Below are positions 1 to 12,314 of a stretch of 64,000 nucleotides of DNA, piece after piece. This stretch comes from Octopus sinensis. Lineage: Eukaryota. Position 1 is the stretch's first letter, and each line of letters begins with the position of its first letter. The DNA lies in contig NC_043017.1 in the NCBI RefSeq assembly GCF_006345805.1, positions 26,722,001 through 26,786,000 of the forward strand, written 5' to 3'. The position numbers and the translations under genes are program-made. The notes beneath the pieces are model-generated. The model was not told the origin of the DNA. It saw only the letters and a program-made list of their open reading frames with translations, and did no database searches.

Positions 1-492
1 AGTATATTATATAAGCTAGGTTGTGTTTGTGAGAAGAGAGTAGATAGATTAATACTTCTTTGGATTCCAAAACTGTTGATAGAAACAAAAGAATTATATT
101 TAAAAAACAAACATATCTGTATACTTACCACTAAAGCTGATACAAGAATTTTAGAAATATATTCTGCGAGCCTGGTAATTATCAATTTCAGTAATCGAAA
201 TTTATAAAATGCCAGCTATAAAAGCTGATGGATGTGTCTGAGACCGAAAGAAATTTTAAAGTGCTAAAGATAAAACCGCGGAAGTAAAATAGTATATGTA
301 GTATAACAGATCCCGTTTTCTAGCGTCACAAAAAAATATCTATCTATAAAATGTGCACTTGTTCTAAACAAATTCTGATACCGAGTCCATTTCCTACGAG
401 AAAAGAAAGGCCATGGCACCGTTTATGACCAATACACTTTTCGATATAAATTTGTTTGCAATACATTTTGTAAAATAATTATATCTAGTTAT

Positions 493-493
<1 letters not shown>

Positions 494-551
<58 letters not shown>
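494..551. repeat. (TAA)n microsatellite
   Basis: Perfect TAA run; source of the poly-Ile ORF 394..594. Confidence 0.95.
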
Positions 552-553
<2 letters not shown>

Positions 554-747
554 GGGTCTGTTTCTGATATAACGATGTTACACATGCCTGTCATAAATCA
601 TACGATCAATATCTATCACATCAAAACTAAAAATAGATTCATCGTACCTAACAAACTGATATGCATCCACATATGTATATATATATATATATATTTATTT
701 ATACTAACCATGTATATATACATACATATTTATATAAGCATATAGAT

Positions 748-780
<33 letters not shown>

Positions 781-782
<2 letters not shown>

Positions 783-1104
783 TAATAATATAGGGTGAAA
801 CTAATTAATTTGGAATAATCATTAATTTCACCAAGTAGATTTCGGCATGTAAAAGCCCCATTCGAGGAAAGTTTAAGTAATACTAAGTAATTAAGGGTTT
901 AGCAACGATTTGCCTCACCACGCACCGAGTTTAGAAATAGCAGTCAAAAAGTTATAGCTATTCTTTCTACTATAAGGGAGATCTCAGTAAGTGGTTTTAC
1001 TGAGATCTCCCTTTTAGTAGAAAGAATAGCTATAACTCTTTGACTGCTATTTCTAAACTCGGTGTGTGGTGAGGCAAGTCGTTGCTAAACCCTTAATTAC
1101 TTAG
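781..1104 (-). mobile_element. Fold-back element A in (TA)n, with a 108-bp inverted repeat
   Basis: Arms 883-990 and 997-1104 are reverse complements with 4 mismatches and a 6-nt loop (gtggtt). (TA)n flanks both sides. A GGC..GCC-GAAA remnant lies on the minus strand at about 830-870. Confidence 0.6.
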
Positions 1105-1120
1105 CATATATATATATATA

Positions 1121-2241
1121 CTTACTTTGGTAGGTTTTGGCCATTATTGTCCCAGGCCATATCTAACTTAATAGCATCCCGAATTGGGCAACATAGCCCA
1201 TTTGAGGAGAGAGGTGTATATTTATGGTGTTGTGTGCATGTGCAGGAAGTTCATCCGGGATTTTTTGAAAGAATTTGTCCAAATACTTTTTCAACTTTAT
1301 TTTGGGTATTTCTGCCTCATCATCTTTTGGTGTGATGTTAAAAAGGGCGTGGTCAAATGAGGCGAAATAAGTGCGCCGTATTGTTTTTATGTGATGCGAG
1401 TATAATTTATGTCGTTGGCGGATAGCACGAGGTTGAAGTCTTGGGTCTATCATAAAAGCGATGTCAACATCATTTGGGCAATGCTGATGGAATATTTTCC
1501 ACATCATGCAGATGATATAGTACTCATGGCGGCGTTGGAGGAAATAGATATTGAGCTTTTCTAGTCGACTTCAATAATCAAGGCCTGTCATGAGGTGCTT
1601 CAGATTTCATGCTACCTTGTTTCGTGTGGGTTGAACATAGTGAACAACAGTATTCAAGGTGGGGTTGAGAAAATATTGATAAGAGCAGGATAATGGTGCG
1701 GGTATCTCTCGACTGGAAATTCATAGAATCCAGGAGAAAATTCTGCTTATGTGGTTGTCTACAATTACTCCTAAGTCACTGATGTTGTTGGATACCATGA
1801 CAGATACACCTTTAGTGGGTATCCTCTTTTCCGAAGTAGATCAACTCAAATTTGTCCTCGTTCAACAGCATATTATTCTTTTCCGCCCATTGGATGACAA
1901 GCAGAAGATCTGACTGAAGGCATACCGAGTCACTCACTTCAGTGACGACCTCGTGGATCTTGGTATCATCTGCAAAGTCTCTTATGTCACAGTGTTTGAT
2001 GATGTCAGCAATATCATAGACGTAAATGATGAAAAGATGTGGGTCCAATACAGTGCCTTGTAGAGCCCCACAACTGATTTAGGCTGGGTTTGATTTTACT
2101 CCGATTACAACATGTTGGGTTGTGTCTGTCGGCGAACACTTTATCCATTATAGTGACCTTCCAGAGACACCAATGGATACTCCTTTCAAAAGTATATTAT
2201 GATCCATCCTGTCAAAGGGCTTGCTGAAATCAAGGTAGAAG

Positions 2242-2245
<4 letters not shown>
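1121..2245 (-). mobile_element. CR1-group (CR1/L2-like) LINE, 5'-truncated RT and C-terminus, degenerate
   Basis: Minus-strand translation gives YLDFSKPFDRMDH, GALQGTVLDP, FADDTK, LQSDL..W...NNM.LN..KF and LKKYLDKFFQKIPDE. Stops and frameshifts present; the 5' end abuts (TA)n. Confidence 0.9.
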
Positions 2246-2308
<63 letters not shown>

Positions 2309-2768
2309 TATATACTAGACTGAAAATATTTATTGTTTACAATATTTTACGGTCAGTAAAGCGCAGCTGAAAATGAACTTAGTTCTAGCATTTGAGGAGA
2401 AATGTAAGGAAGGAACTTCGAATATGGCATATGCTATTTTCTTAGCTAGGAAGGAAGATAGACATTTATCTTAAACCGTAAGCAATTCCTACAAGATATA
2501 TTTTCATGAGACAGTTTGCTTGTGCTATGTTTACAAGAAATTTCTTTAAATGTCACATTCGAAAATAGCAAACAGCTGAACACGAAGACTACATGTAAAA
2601 ATGGAAGAAATACAATGGATAGCTAAAATATTGCAGTCTACAATAATATTCCTGTTTTAGCTTGCTACTTTTTATTTGTCTTTGGAAATTCATTTTTCAA
2701 CAACAAAAGAACCAAGTAAAACAAGAAGTTATCATTGTTATGACTAACGCAATCGTTTATGATACATG

Positions 2769-3150
2769 CTTCGTTACAATAAATTCTTCTAGGTTTAAAA
2801 AAAAAAGAACATAATAATCGTAGATTATTACTCAATTCCTGGCGATCAATAAGCGTCTCCAGAGAAGTAACTTATTTTACAAAACTTTTTAAATGAAGTA
2901 TTTAAATACGAACAATTTTAGCTTCATATGCTGGTTCCATGTTCGTCTTCCTTGTCTTACGTTAACCATCGGTTATGACACATTCTTCGTTACAATAAAT
3001 TCTTCTAGGTTTAAAAAAAAAAGAACATATGAAACGTAGATTATTACTCAATTCCTGGCGATCAATAAACATCTACAGAGAAGTTATTTATTTTGCAAAA
3101 GCTTCATATGCTGGTTCGATGATTGTCTTTCTTGTCGCACGATAACCAAT
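2769..3150 (+). repeat. Diverged tandem duplication, period about 216 bp
   Basis: cttcgttacaataaattcttctaggttt...ttactcaattcctggcgatcaataa occurs at 2769 and 2985. The second copy lacks about 40 bp. Confidence 0.9.
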
Positions 3151-3929
3151 TGATTCCTTACGTCTGCTATAAACAGCACTCGATTCTACAGGAAACCAAA
3201 CACTAATTTATTTTAATTGTTAATTTACATTTTAAAGGGATATTGCGTATTTAATAAAAATTAAGAATTATGTGACATAGTCGTTATATGCACGTTGTAT
3301 TATTACATTTTGTGTTCATCAGGAATGACAGTGTATATCTACATTAACGACCACAGCTTTTTTATGTTAGACACTCTATATCACATTAAATGCTGTTTAA
3401 GCACCGTAGGTTATGCATTCTATATTTTAAGAATCCGTTAGGAAAGATGCTTTTAAGAGCAGAGCTTATTTTATAAGTAAGATTTATGAGCTTAATTTTT
3501 AACTGGACAGCTCTTTAAAAAGTAAGAGAGAATACAACTTGAGCAGGTGAACATTGTAGAGTGAGGAGTTTCTGAGCAGAAAAGACCGCGTAAAATCTGT
3601 GTGGACGACAACGTGACGTCTTGCACTCAAGAAGTCTTGTGAGATGATGCGTGACAAGAGAATCGAGTATCTGAGAACATATAGCAAACTATCAAACGTG
3701 TTTCAGAGATGTGGGATGTTATAAAAAGGAACAGAAAAGATTTGTGGACATTTACACAGGTATATTATTAAAATATAACATTCATTGGATGGATGTGTGC
3801 ATTGTGTAAATTATGTCTGTAGCGGTAGTTTCGCCATTCAGTCTATAGGATACTCTTTACTCTTTTACTTGTTTCAGTCATTTGAAACATATAAGGTAGA
3901 GCATAGAACGTTATATCTATACATACATA

Positions 3930-3976
3930 TATGTATATATTTATATGTATATATATATATATATATATACATATTG

Positions 3977-4060
<84 letters not shown>

Positions 4061-4100
4061 CGTATATTATATATATATATATATATATATACGTATACAT
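3930..4100. repeat. (TA)n microsatellite
   Basis: Interrupted TA run. Confidence 0.95.
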
Positions 4101-4109
4101 ACATATAAA

Positions 4110-4353
4110 TCTGTAAATTTAATATGTGACATTTATTCGGTAGCCATGTTAAAACGCGGGAGTTTCGGATGTCGGGGTGGAAATCCACGCCGCCATCACT
4201 TCAGTTATCCGGGCATCGGAAAAATGCTATAAAAATGACCGTTAAACAAGCATTTTTCCGATGCCCGGATAACAGAAGAGATGGCGGCGTCCGACATCCG
4301 AAACTCACGCGTTTTAACATGGCTACCGAATAATTGTCACATATATTTACAGA
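4110..4353. mobile_element. Fold-back element B with a hammerhead-like motif in each arm
   Basis: Arms 4110-4228 and 4249-4353, 20-nt spacer, 11-nt indel. The right arm reads CAGAAGA-GATGGCGG-cgt-CCGACATC-CGAAAC; the left arm (minus) reads CTGAAGTG at the same position. Confidence 0.6.
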
Positions 4354-6422
4354 CAAATTCCTCTATTTACATAATATCGAGGTCTCTTTTATTCTTTTGT
4401 AGTCTTACTGTTTCTATCAATACATACATACTTACATACATGTATACGTACATATATATATATATATATAATGCAATTCAAAATATTTTTCTTATATATA
4501 TATATGTGTGCGTGTGCTTTTGTGTGCATTTATACGTACGAGTGTGTTTCTGTGCTTACATGCATGTACTTCTGCGTGCTTGTGTGCGCGCATATGTATA
4601 TGCATATATATATATATATATGTATATATAAATTAATAAATAAAACATATTCATATATACATACATATATGTACGTACCTACCTCTACATGTATATATAC
4701 ATGTATATATGGGTACAGGACACCAGAAAAAACGTCGAACACAATGAGAAACGAAAACATAATTACAAAACCAAGGAAATGGACATTTCTTTTAAACAAC
4801 GAAAAAATAGAGTACAGGATATGTAAAACAAGGAAAATTCCCCTTCTTCAGTCGCCTTAATTTCATCTACTCCATGTTTTGAAGGTAAAGGAAATACATG
4901 ATTTCGATAAAACTTTCCTTCCCACGAAAATCAAATTAAATAAAATTTGAGATTTTTTGCGGAGGGGTAAAAATGGTAACAAAAACAGGACAGTAACGAC
5001 AGTACAAAATATAAACAGAAAAAGATAGGACACAGAGAATAACAGTAACACAAACAAGAAGGGCTGTTAAGCCCAACGAGATTAAATTTTTTGAGAACGG
5101 CAGGGAACAACAGGTTTTACCGTCTCTACCTGAAGGAAGCCAGGAGAAGAAAGACAGTGGTAGCCATCTCATCACGTGACCGCGACGGAAGGGGGGGAGG
5201 AGTAAGAGAAAGGGAGAGAAAAAATGGAATGGTTGTAGAGAAAACAATGAAGAATGAGAGAGAGAGAGAGAGAGACGTTAAGGTAGAAGAAAGGAAAGCC
5301 AAAAGAATGAAGGCTGAGAAAGGGAGGGAGAGAGAAAGGTTAAGAGTGCGCGGGGAGAGAGACAGATAAAGTGGTACAAAGAGTAGAAAAAGAGAGGTAT
5401 AGTTACCGAAAAACAACAATATTTCTACAACTTTGTATGGTTTCAAACATTTTGAATTTACGTGGTGGATGTGCAGAGAATTCAGAAATCATATCTAAAG
5501 TGAATATCTCTACACAAACTCACACATACACACACAGACAGACACAAACACACACATACGCACAGAGGCTCACAAACACACTACGTACACAGAAGCGCAG
5601 ACACACCGACTTACATACACACACACCGAACAGATTCTCTGAGCAATGTATACGGGCAGACACAGATAAATATACACACACGATGCACTACATATCTGTG
5701 TCAGGTTTGAGCACTCTTGGATGTATTTACTTGCGTTTACTAGCATCTGTGCGCATGAGAATAAATATTCCATTATCTATTTCCATATATGAATTTTTTA
5801 TTGAATAAAATGCGTTCAAATATTCATTTTGTAATGTAGGTATAAACAAAATCCATCATTGCTTACTATTCCGACAGCAATATTTCCCTGAAGGTGACAC
5901 GACCATCATAACTCTATTTTCTATGTTATGAATAAATCACTCTTTCGGCAATATAAGAGGGTGTAGAATGTTTTTGCAAGTGTCTGCTTCTCTGTGAAAT
6001 TGCCTACATACATGTATCTATAGAATGATGTATTAATGCTTGACTATCTCTGCACATGCCTATATATCACCACACGCGCACATTCACGTTGACATACACA
6101 CACATATATGTATAATTATTATATACTTTTGTGTGTATATACACATACATTGATATATATATACAAAAGTATAGAAATATATATATGTATATATATATGT
6201 GTATATATATATATATACATATACGTGTGTGTGTGTGTGTATGTATATATAAATACATATATCTGTCGTTACCTTTCATAAAAAGCATTTTCTTTATTTA
6301 TTTACAATGTGCATTTTCGTTGATTTTTCTTATTTTCCCCTTACATTTCCACGTGTATTTTCTATTTTCTTTTTGTAACATATTTCTACTATATATTCAT
6401 ATATATATTCATATATATATAC

Positions 6423-6456
<34 letters not shown>

Positions 6457-6860
6457 GTATATATATTCATATATATATCTACTCGTCTTCACAAGCGCTG
6501 TTCTTTCCGACATATACCGAAATTCGACACAATCACTGGCTTTATAGGTAAGCAACACAACAAACTGGAATGTTTTAAATGCAGATCCGTTTACACTATA
6601 TCAAAGAAAAAATAAGACGACGACCTATAATATACAAATTTGATACGTGGTATCAAATGCATTCAGTCAATGTATCTGCGGGAGAGAAATTAAGTGATAC
6701 GTTTCTGGTTAAGTGCATGTATCCTTGTCATAGATGTTTATCACTATACATAAATATAACAATTTTCGTGGATACGTCTCTTTGACCCCTGTATACATAC
6801 ATATATATATATATATAATACATACATGCATATATGCATACATACATGCATATATACATA

Positions 6861-7030
6861 TAATCAAAAATAAGTAACAAGAATAACTTCGGTTATTGGA
6901 AGAATAACTTCCAAACAACCGAAATTATTCTTGTTGCTTACTTTCATTATAATCACCCCATGGATTTATATGGATAACACCATATAAAATTCTGGTGCAT
7001 CTAACTTAAGTACCATATTCATTTGAATCT
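6861..7030 (+). mobile_element. Short microsatellite-flanked element E with a small terminal hairpin
   Basis: Imperfect inverted repeat 6871-6902 / 6908-6940. The tail 6915-7030 matches the reverse complement of 47456-47575. Confidence 0.6.
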
Positions 7031-7140
7031 AAATTTTGTTGAACTTATATATATATATATTATATATACATATAAAATATATATATAAATATATATACAT
7101 ATATATAAATATATATAAATATATATACATATCATAAATA

Positions 7141-7560
7141 AAATAAATATAAGAGAGTGGTCACTATATGGCTCACTCTAGCACTAGTAAATCCAAAAGG
7201 TTTCAACCACAAAAATACATGTTTCCCATGAAAGTCAGTACGATTGTTAGCTCACACGAACAGGGCAAATAAAAAATAACAAAAATACAGATTATTTTGG
7301 GACAATTCTTTCGCTATTAATGAATTAAATGTAATTTTACTCACAAAAAATCCACTTGTAGCTCCTCAGCCAAAACTATCTGGATGAAATCCACTCAATC
7401 ACACGCCAGATTTTACCATAACGATTTTTTATTTGCCCTGTTCGTGTGAGCTAACAATCGTACTGACTTTCATGGGAAACATGTATTTTTGTGGTTGAAA
7501 CCTTTTGGATTTACTAGTGCTAGAGTGAGCCATATAGTGACCACTCTCTTATATTTATTT
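7141..7560 (-). mobile_element. Fold-back element C: perfect 136-bp inverted repeat around a hammerhead-containing spacer
   Basis: 7141-7276 is the exact reverse complement of 7425-7560. 148-bp spacer, AT-rich flanks. Confidence 0.8.
7295..7375 (-). ncRNA. Type I hammerhead ribozyme
   Basis: Minus strand: TTTTGG-CTGAGGA-GCTA..(long loop)..TAGC-GAAA-GAATTG-TC-CCAAAA. Stem I is 6 bp, the core is complete (CUGANGA and GAAA), stem II is 4 bp, and the cleavage triplet is GUC. Stem III is near-palindromic with a G-G mismatch. Confidence 0.7.
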
Positions 7561-7932
7561 TTGTATAAAATATTATAATATATTATAAAATATTATAATG
7601 ATCCAGGTTTCTCGGGGCACTGGGCCACTTGGTGTTGAATATATATACTATTAAATTAGTATCTAATTCTATCACCCTTATTAATTAATTATACATATCA
7701 TATATATATATATATATAATATAAATATAAAATATATATATAAATATATATACATATGCATATATATATACATATATATATATATTTGTTGAAATAGAAA
7801 GATAAATTTTCTGGTAACAGATTATTCAAGGGTTTAACCGATACCTGGGTAGCAAAAATCACAGCGGAAAACAGCACGGTTGGAGATAAGACCATTTGGT
7901 GTTGCGACCGTGCGTTGGAGCGGATAATTGAA

Positions 7933-8240
7933 GTTTAATATTATTAGTGAATGGAATAAATGGAGTTGAACGAAGATTGTACAGAATACCTTTTATTACA
8001 TTCTACACATGTTTCGAAGGCCACAAATTTCCAAATTCTGTTTAAATAAGGGTACCATATTGCGGCTTTCTCTCCAGGAAAAATAACAGGAATTCCGTTG
8101 ACAGGACAAAACAAAACAGAGGCTTATTTAAAGAGAATTTGGAAATTTGTGGCCTTCGAAACATGTGTAGAATGTAATAAAAGGTATTCTGTACCATCTT
8201 CGTTCAACTCCATTTATTCCATTCACTAATAATATTAAAC
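7933..8240 (-). mobile_element. Fold-back element D: 118-bp inverted repeat with a degenerate hammerhead-like motif
   Basis: Arms 7933-8050 and 8123-8240 (2 mismatches), 72-bp spacer. Minus strand 8003-8080 reads CTGGAGA-GAAAGCCGC..GTGGCCTTC-GAAA-CATGT. Confidence 0.7.
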
Positions 8241-8369
8241 ATATATATATATATGCTTATAGGTATATATACATATATATATATATACAAACAGTAAGCC
8301 TTCGACACGGTGTTGTTATGCATCTATAATAAAATATATAGAAATTATGAAAATAATTATAAAAATTTT

Positions 8370-8525
8370 GGTTGTGTGCGACGTAGCTTGCTTTATCAAT
8401 CACATGGTCCCGGGTTCAGTCACACTGCATGACACCTTAGGAAAGTGTCTCCTACTATACCCTCGGACTGACTAAAGCATTGTGTATGAATTTAGTAGAC
8501 GTAAACGTAAAGAAGCACGTCGTAT
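8370..8525 (+). mobile_element. SINE family 1, diverged 5' half
   Basis: Similar to the 5' half of the 26503 and 34781 copies (cacatggtcccgggttcagtc..ccttaggaaagtgtc..aagaagcacgtcg). Confidence 0.8.
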
Positions 8526-8622
8526 ATATATATATATATATTAAAGCAAAAACTGTCCGACGAACGGCAACGTGAAACTCAGAGAAAGGTTTTGTTGAAT
8601 TTTCTGCTGCTTTAAATACAGT

Positions 8623-8624
<2 letters not shown>

Positions 8625-8683
<59 letters not shown>

Positions 8684-8822
8684 GTATATATGCAAATGTA
8701 TATATGTATATATATATATATATGTATATGTATGTATATGTATTATGTATATATATATGTATATGTATATATGTATATATAATATATATATATATGTATA
8801 TGTATATATATGTATATTATAT

Positions 8823-8873
<51 letters not shown>

Positions 8874-8940
8874 GTATATACATACATATATATATATTAT
8901 ATATATATCATACATATATATATATATATCTATATATGTA
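8625..8940. repeat. (TA)n/(TATG)n microsatellite
   Basis: Direct inspection. Confidence 0.95.
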
Positions 8941-9290
8941 TATATTGTTATTGTATTTAGGAATGGTCATTTTGCCAGTTTAAGCAATAACAACACACAC
9001 ACAAATATATGCAATATATATATTACTTACTTATTCAGTAGAACATCGGTTTACGAATGCCTCTGATCACGAATAAATCTCTCTTTCTCTCTCTCTCTCT
9101 CTCTCTGTCTTTTTATATATATAAATATATATATATTATATACACACACACACACACGCGCACACTTACACACTCATATATGCGTACAGATATATTTATA
9201 TACACAGACACACAGACACAGACACACAGACACAGACACACACACACACACACACACATATATTATATATATATATATATTATATATATA

Positions 9291-9427
9291 TACGACAAGC
9301 TTCTTCCAGTTTCCGTCTACCAAATCTACTCACAAAAGCTTAGCAGAAAACGCCTGCCGAATGTGCAACGCCAGAGTAATGAACCCAAAAGCAAGTGGCT
9401 GGGAAGCAAGCTTCTTACATCAAAGCC
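9291..9427 (-). mobile_element. SINE family 1, diverged partial copy
   Basis: cttcttccagtttccgtctaccaaatctactcaca matches the family 1 reverse complement. Confidence 0.75.
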
Positions 9428-10576
9428 AATAACATGAACATTCGTAAGTATATACGCACTTAAAAACTGCACATACCTACAAGGCGTGGTGGGGAGGTCC
9501 ATGCGTAAATGCTTATTTTCCTGGCTGTTTTGGTTGGATTCAATATTACTTGTTACCGCTATGTGGTGCTCACTTAAATTTTGTATAATAATGCCAACAT
9601 TACGCCGTTGTTCTTCGCTCCTTGCTTTTCTAACCACAGATGAGCAAATTATCAGGAATATCTTCTAGCGTCCGACTACGTCTCCAATATTGCGTACAAA
9701 AATTAAAATGGAGATAACTGTGTTTCTCTAGCATTATACTTCGACGTCCATCATTCATATCTCAAAGCCAATATTCTTAAATATCTATCATGGCTTAACT
9801 AATGGAACAGCTCCATATAATTTATTGCAGATAAGCCTTTAGGTTTGGCATATTTTAACGTTGCATAGTATATATGCATTCATCAATAGTTTTCATCATT
9901 TTCTTGTTTGATCGAAACTTGCAGCATATTTGAAAGAGTCTTTATATTGTCTTCACAGTTTTATTGTCGTAGCAGAAGTCGTTTTCTGAGTTTGTGTAGT
10001 ATTCGCAGGTGGATTCAATGTGAAATAACAATAAAATATACCAACACATCGGAGCGGTTTTAAAGAATGGAATGAAATATATCTCGAAAATGAAGTATTC
10101 AAGAAAAGGAACCAGATTCTGAAGTTATGAAATACTCCATTAAATCAAAGAATACAAGCATATTGGAAGGCTATAAAAACGAAAATTTAGAAGAAACACA
10201 CTTATCATCTATAAACCGAGAACCGGTTTTTGAACGTTAAATCAGTCAGAACGGAAATAGGAAGCAAAAATATGAAACATTTTCACACTTGAATTCGAAA
10301 CATAGCTGAATATTCAAAATCTTCGCACTTCACAACTGATCATAAATTTTCGAAATAATACCTTTAAAATGCGTGGAAAAAGTACCGGATCTATGTTAAA
10401 AAAAAAAAAAGTTCGAAAACAGAAGACACTAAAATATTTGAATCAACTTTTTTATTTGAAAAACACGATCACAATTGTGAAGCAGATAAGTGAAAAATAA
10501 TAAAAGAAAAAGAAAAAGAAAACACGTAATAGAGAGCCACCTGAATTTAAGAAGAACGCCATGTCTAGTAACTTAC

Positions 10577-10585
10577 GAGCCAAAT
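10577..10585 (-). CDS. Candidate 9-nt microexon
   Basis: Minus strand: ttgctacctttccattgcttttag|ATTTGGCTC|gtaagt. Length is 3n and all frames are open. Confidence 0.35.
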
Positions 10586-12009
10586 CTAAAAGCAATGGAA
10601 AGGTAGCAACATCTGATTCGAATTATGATTATATTAATTCATTGAAGTACATTGAACGACATTAGAACGACAAACAAAAATAGATCAGAGAGCAAGGGAA
10701 AGTACGTCTTGAAGAAGCCAACGTACCAAGATCATTTATATAAATAAGCATGTCTGTGTGTTTCCGAGTGTGTATATATGTGTGCATGTCTTTTTGTATG
10801 TGTGTGTGTGTGTTTTTTATGTATATACGCATATATTAAAGGCAAAAATACACAGGGATACTTTTCGATTTTTTTTTTTTCTTTTTAATGCATATTACTT
10901 TTCACAGAGTGAAGAGAGAACAAATGACGTGGAACTGTAGAACAGAGATCTTGCTTCTGACTAGAGTTCAAACAATCTCTAGTTTTCATAAATAGAATAT
11001 GTGTCAAATTGGCATCTGACTCCGAAACAATTTGACTGACAGAACTTAATCACATGATAAATATTTAATATTTTTCTAAGTCCCGGTCAAACACGTCATA
11101 GTAAGGGCACTAGATTCCATCGGATTGACTCCAAAATTTACATGTCCCTGTAAATTGAGGTGAGGATGTCAGTGGGCTAGATCAGAAACCCTTATCTTAA
11201 AAGGTGTGGATACTAGGGCAAAAAAGCCATATAGCAATATTCTTTTTCCCTATGTACTAGATCCGATACGGCTGAGTGAACGTCTCTCGAGACAGGTCCC
11301 CAAGATACGAGGCTTTCGAATTTCCACTAACAGAGCATCAGAGTAGACAAGAGCTGTTCGTATGTAATCCAATGGCCGGATTGTTATGATCTATATGTAG
11401 GTAGGCATGAAATTGGAAATGTACGTGTTTGATACACGTGAATTGTAACTCATGCACACACATACACAAAAATACTGACACACACACACACACACACACG
11501 AACAAACAATCATAAACAAATACATATGTGTGTGTTGTAAAACACATTTAAGAATCATGTAATTTTCCAGTTTCCTTTAGATTCTCCACTCTCATCCCCC
11601 GCACTCACAGTCTTATTGGTGTTTAATTCCGCATCATTTCAGAACAAAAATTGCATTCAAACACAATAAAACAAGAAACGATCTCTTCTTTCCAAAAAAA
11701 AAATATATAACGAGAAAGTAACTTACTTTCGCTGCCATCTCCAGCGAGTGTACAGCTTCCGTTGTTACTTTTCTTTTATTTGACGCTATATAACTGCTTA
11801 TGGTTCATTACTTTCAATATGCATATATAAAACTTCCATGCAGGTTGCTTCATTGCATGATCGTGCATATTACGCTACACAATAATGTATTAGGCGAAAT
11901 TACAGCAATACACACACGGCAATGTACTGAGACACTTCTCTATCCAACACATAGAGTTTGATGGAGTTGCAGTCATTCGTAATCTATGTATCTTGTAATA
12001 TGTGTTAAT

Positions 12010-12151
12010 CCATCCATCCATCCATCCATCCATCCATACATACATACATACACACATACATACAAATATATATATATACATACATACAATATATATATAT
12101 ATATATACATATTTTATATACATATATATATACATACAAAGATATATATAT

Positions 12152-12199
<48 letters not shown>

Positions 12200-12247
12200 A
12201 AGATATATATATATATATACAAAGATATATATATATATATACAGATA

Positions 12248-12314
<67 letters not shown>

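Noticed and set aside
1-205. LYKLGCVCEK..., faintly like a GIY-YIG endonuclease N-terminus
   Set aside because: The YIG motif and downstream conserved residues are absent, and the segment is truncated by the window edge.
225-250. CTGATGG...GAAA hammerhead-like spacing
   Set aside because: A9 is missing, and there is no convincing stem I, stem II or NUH triplet.
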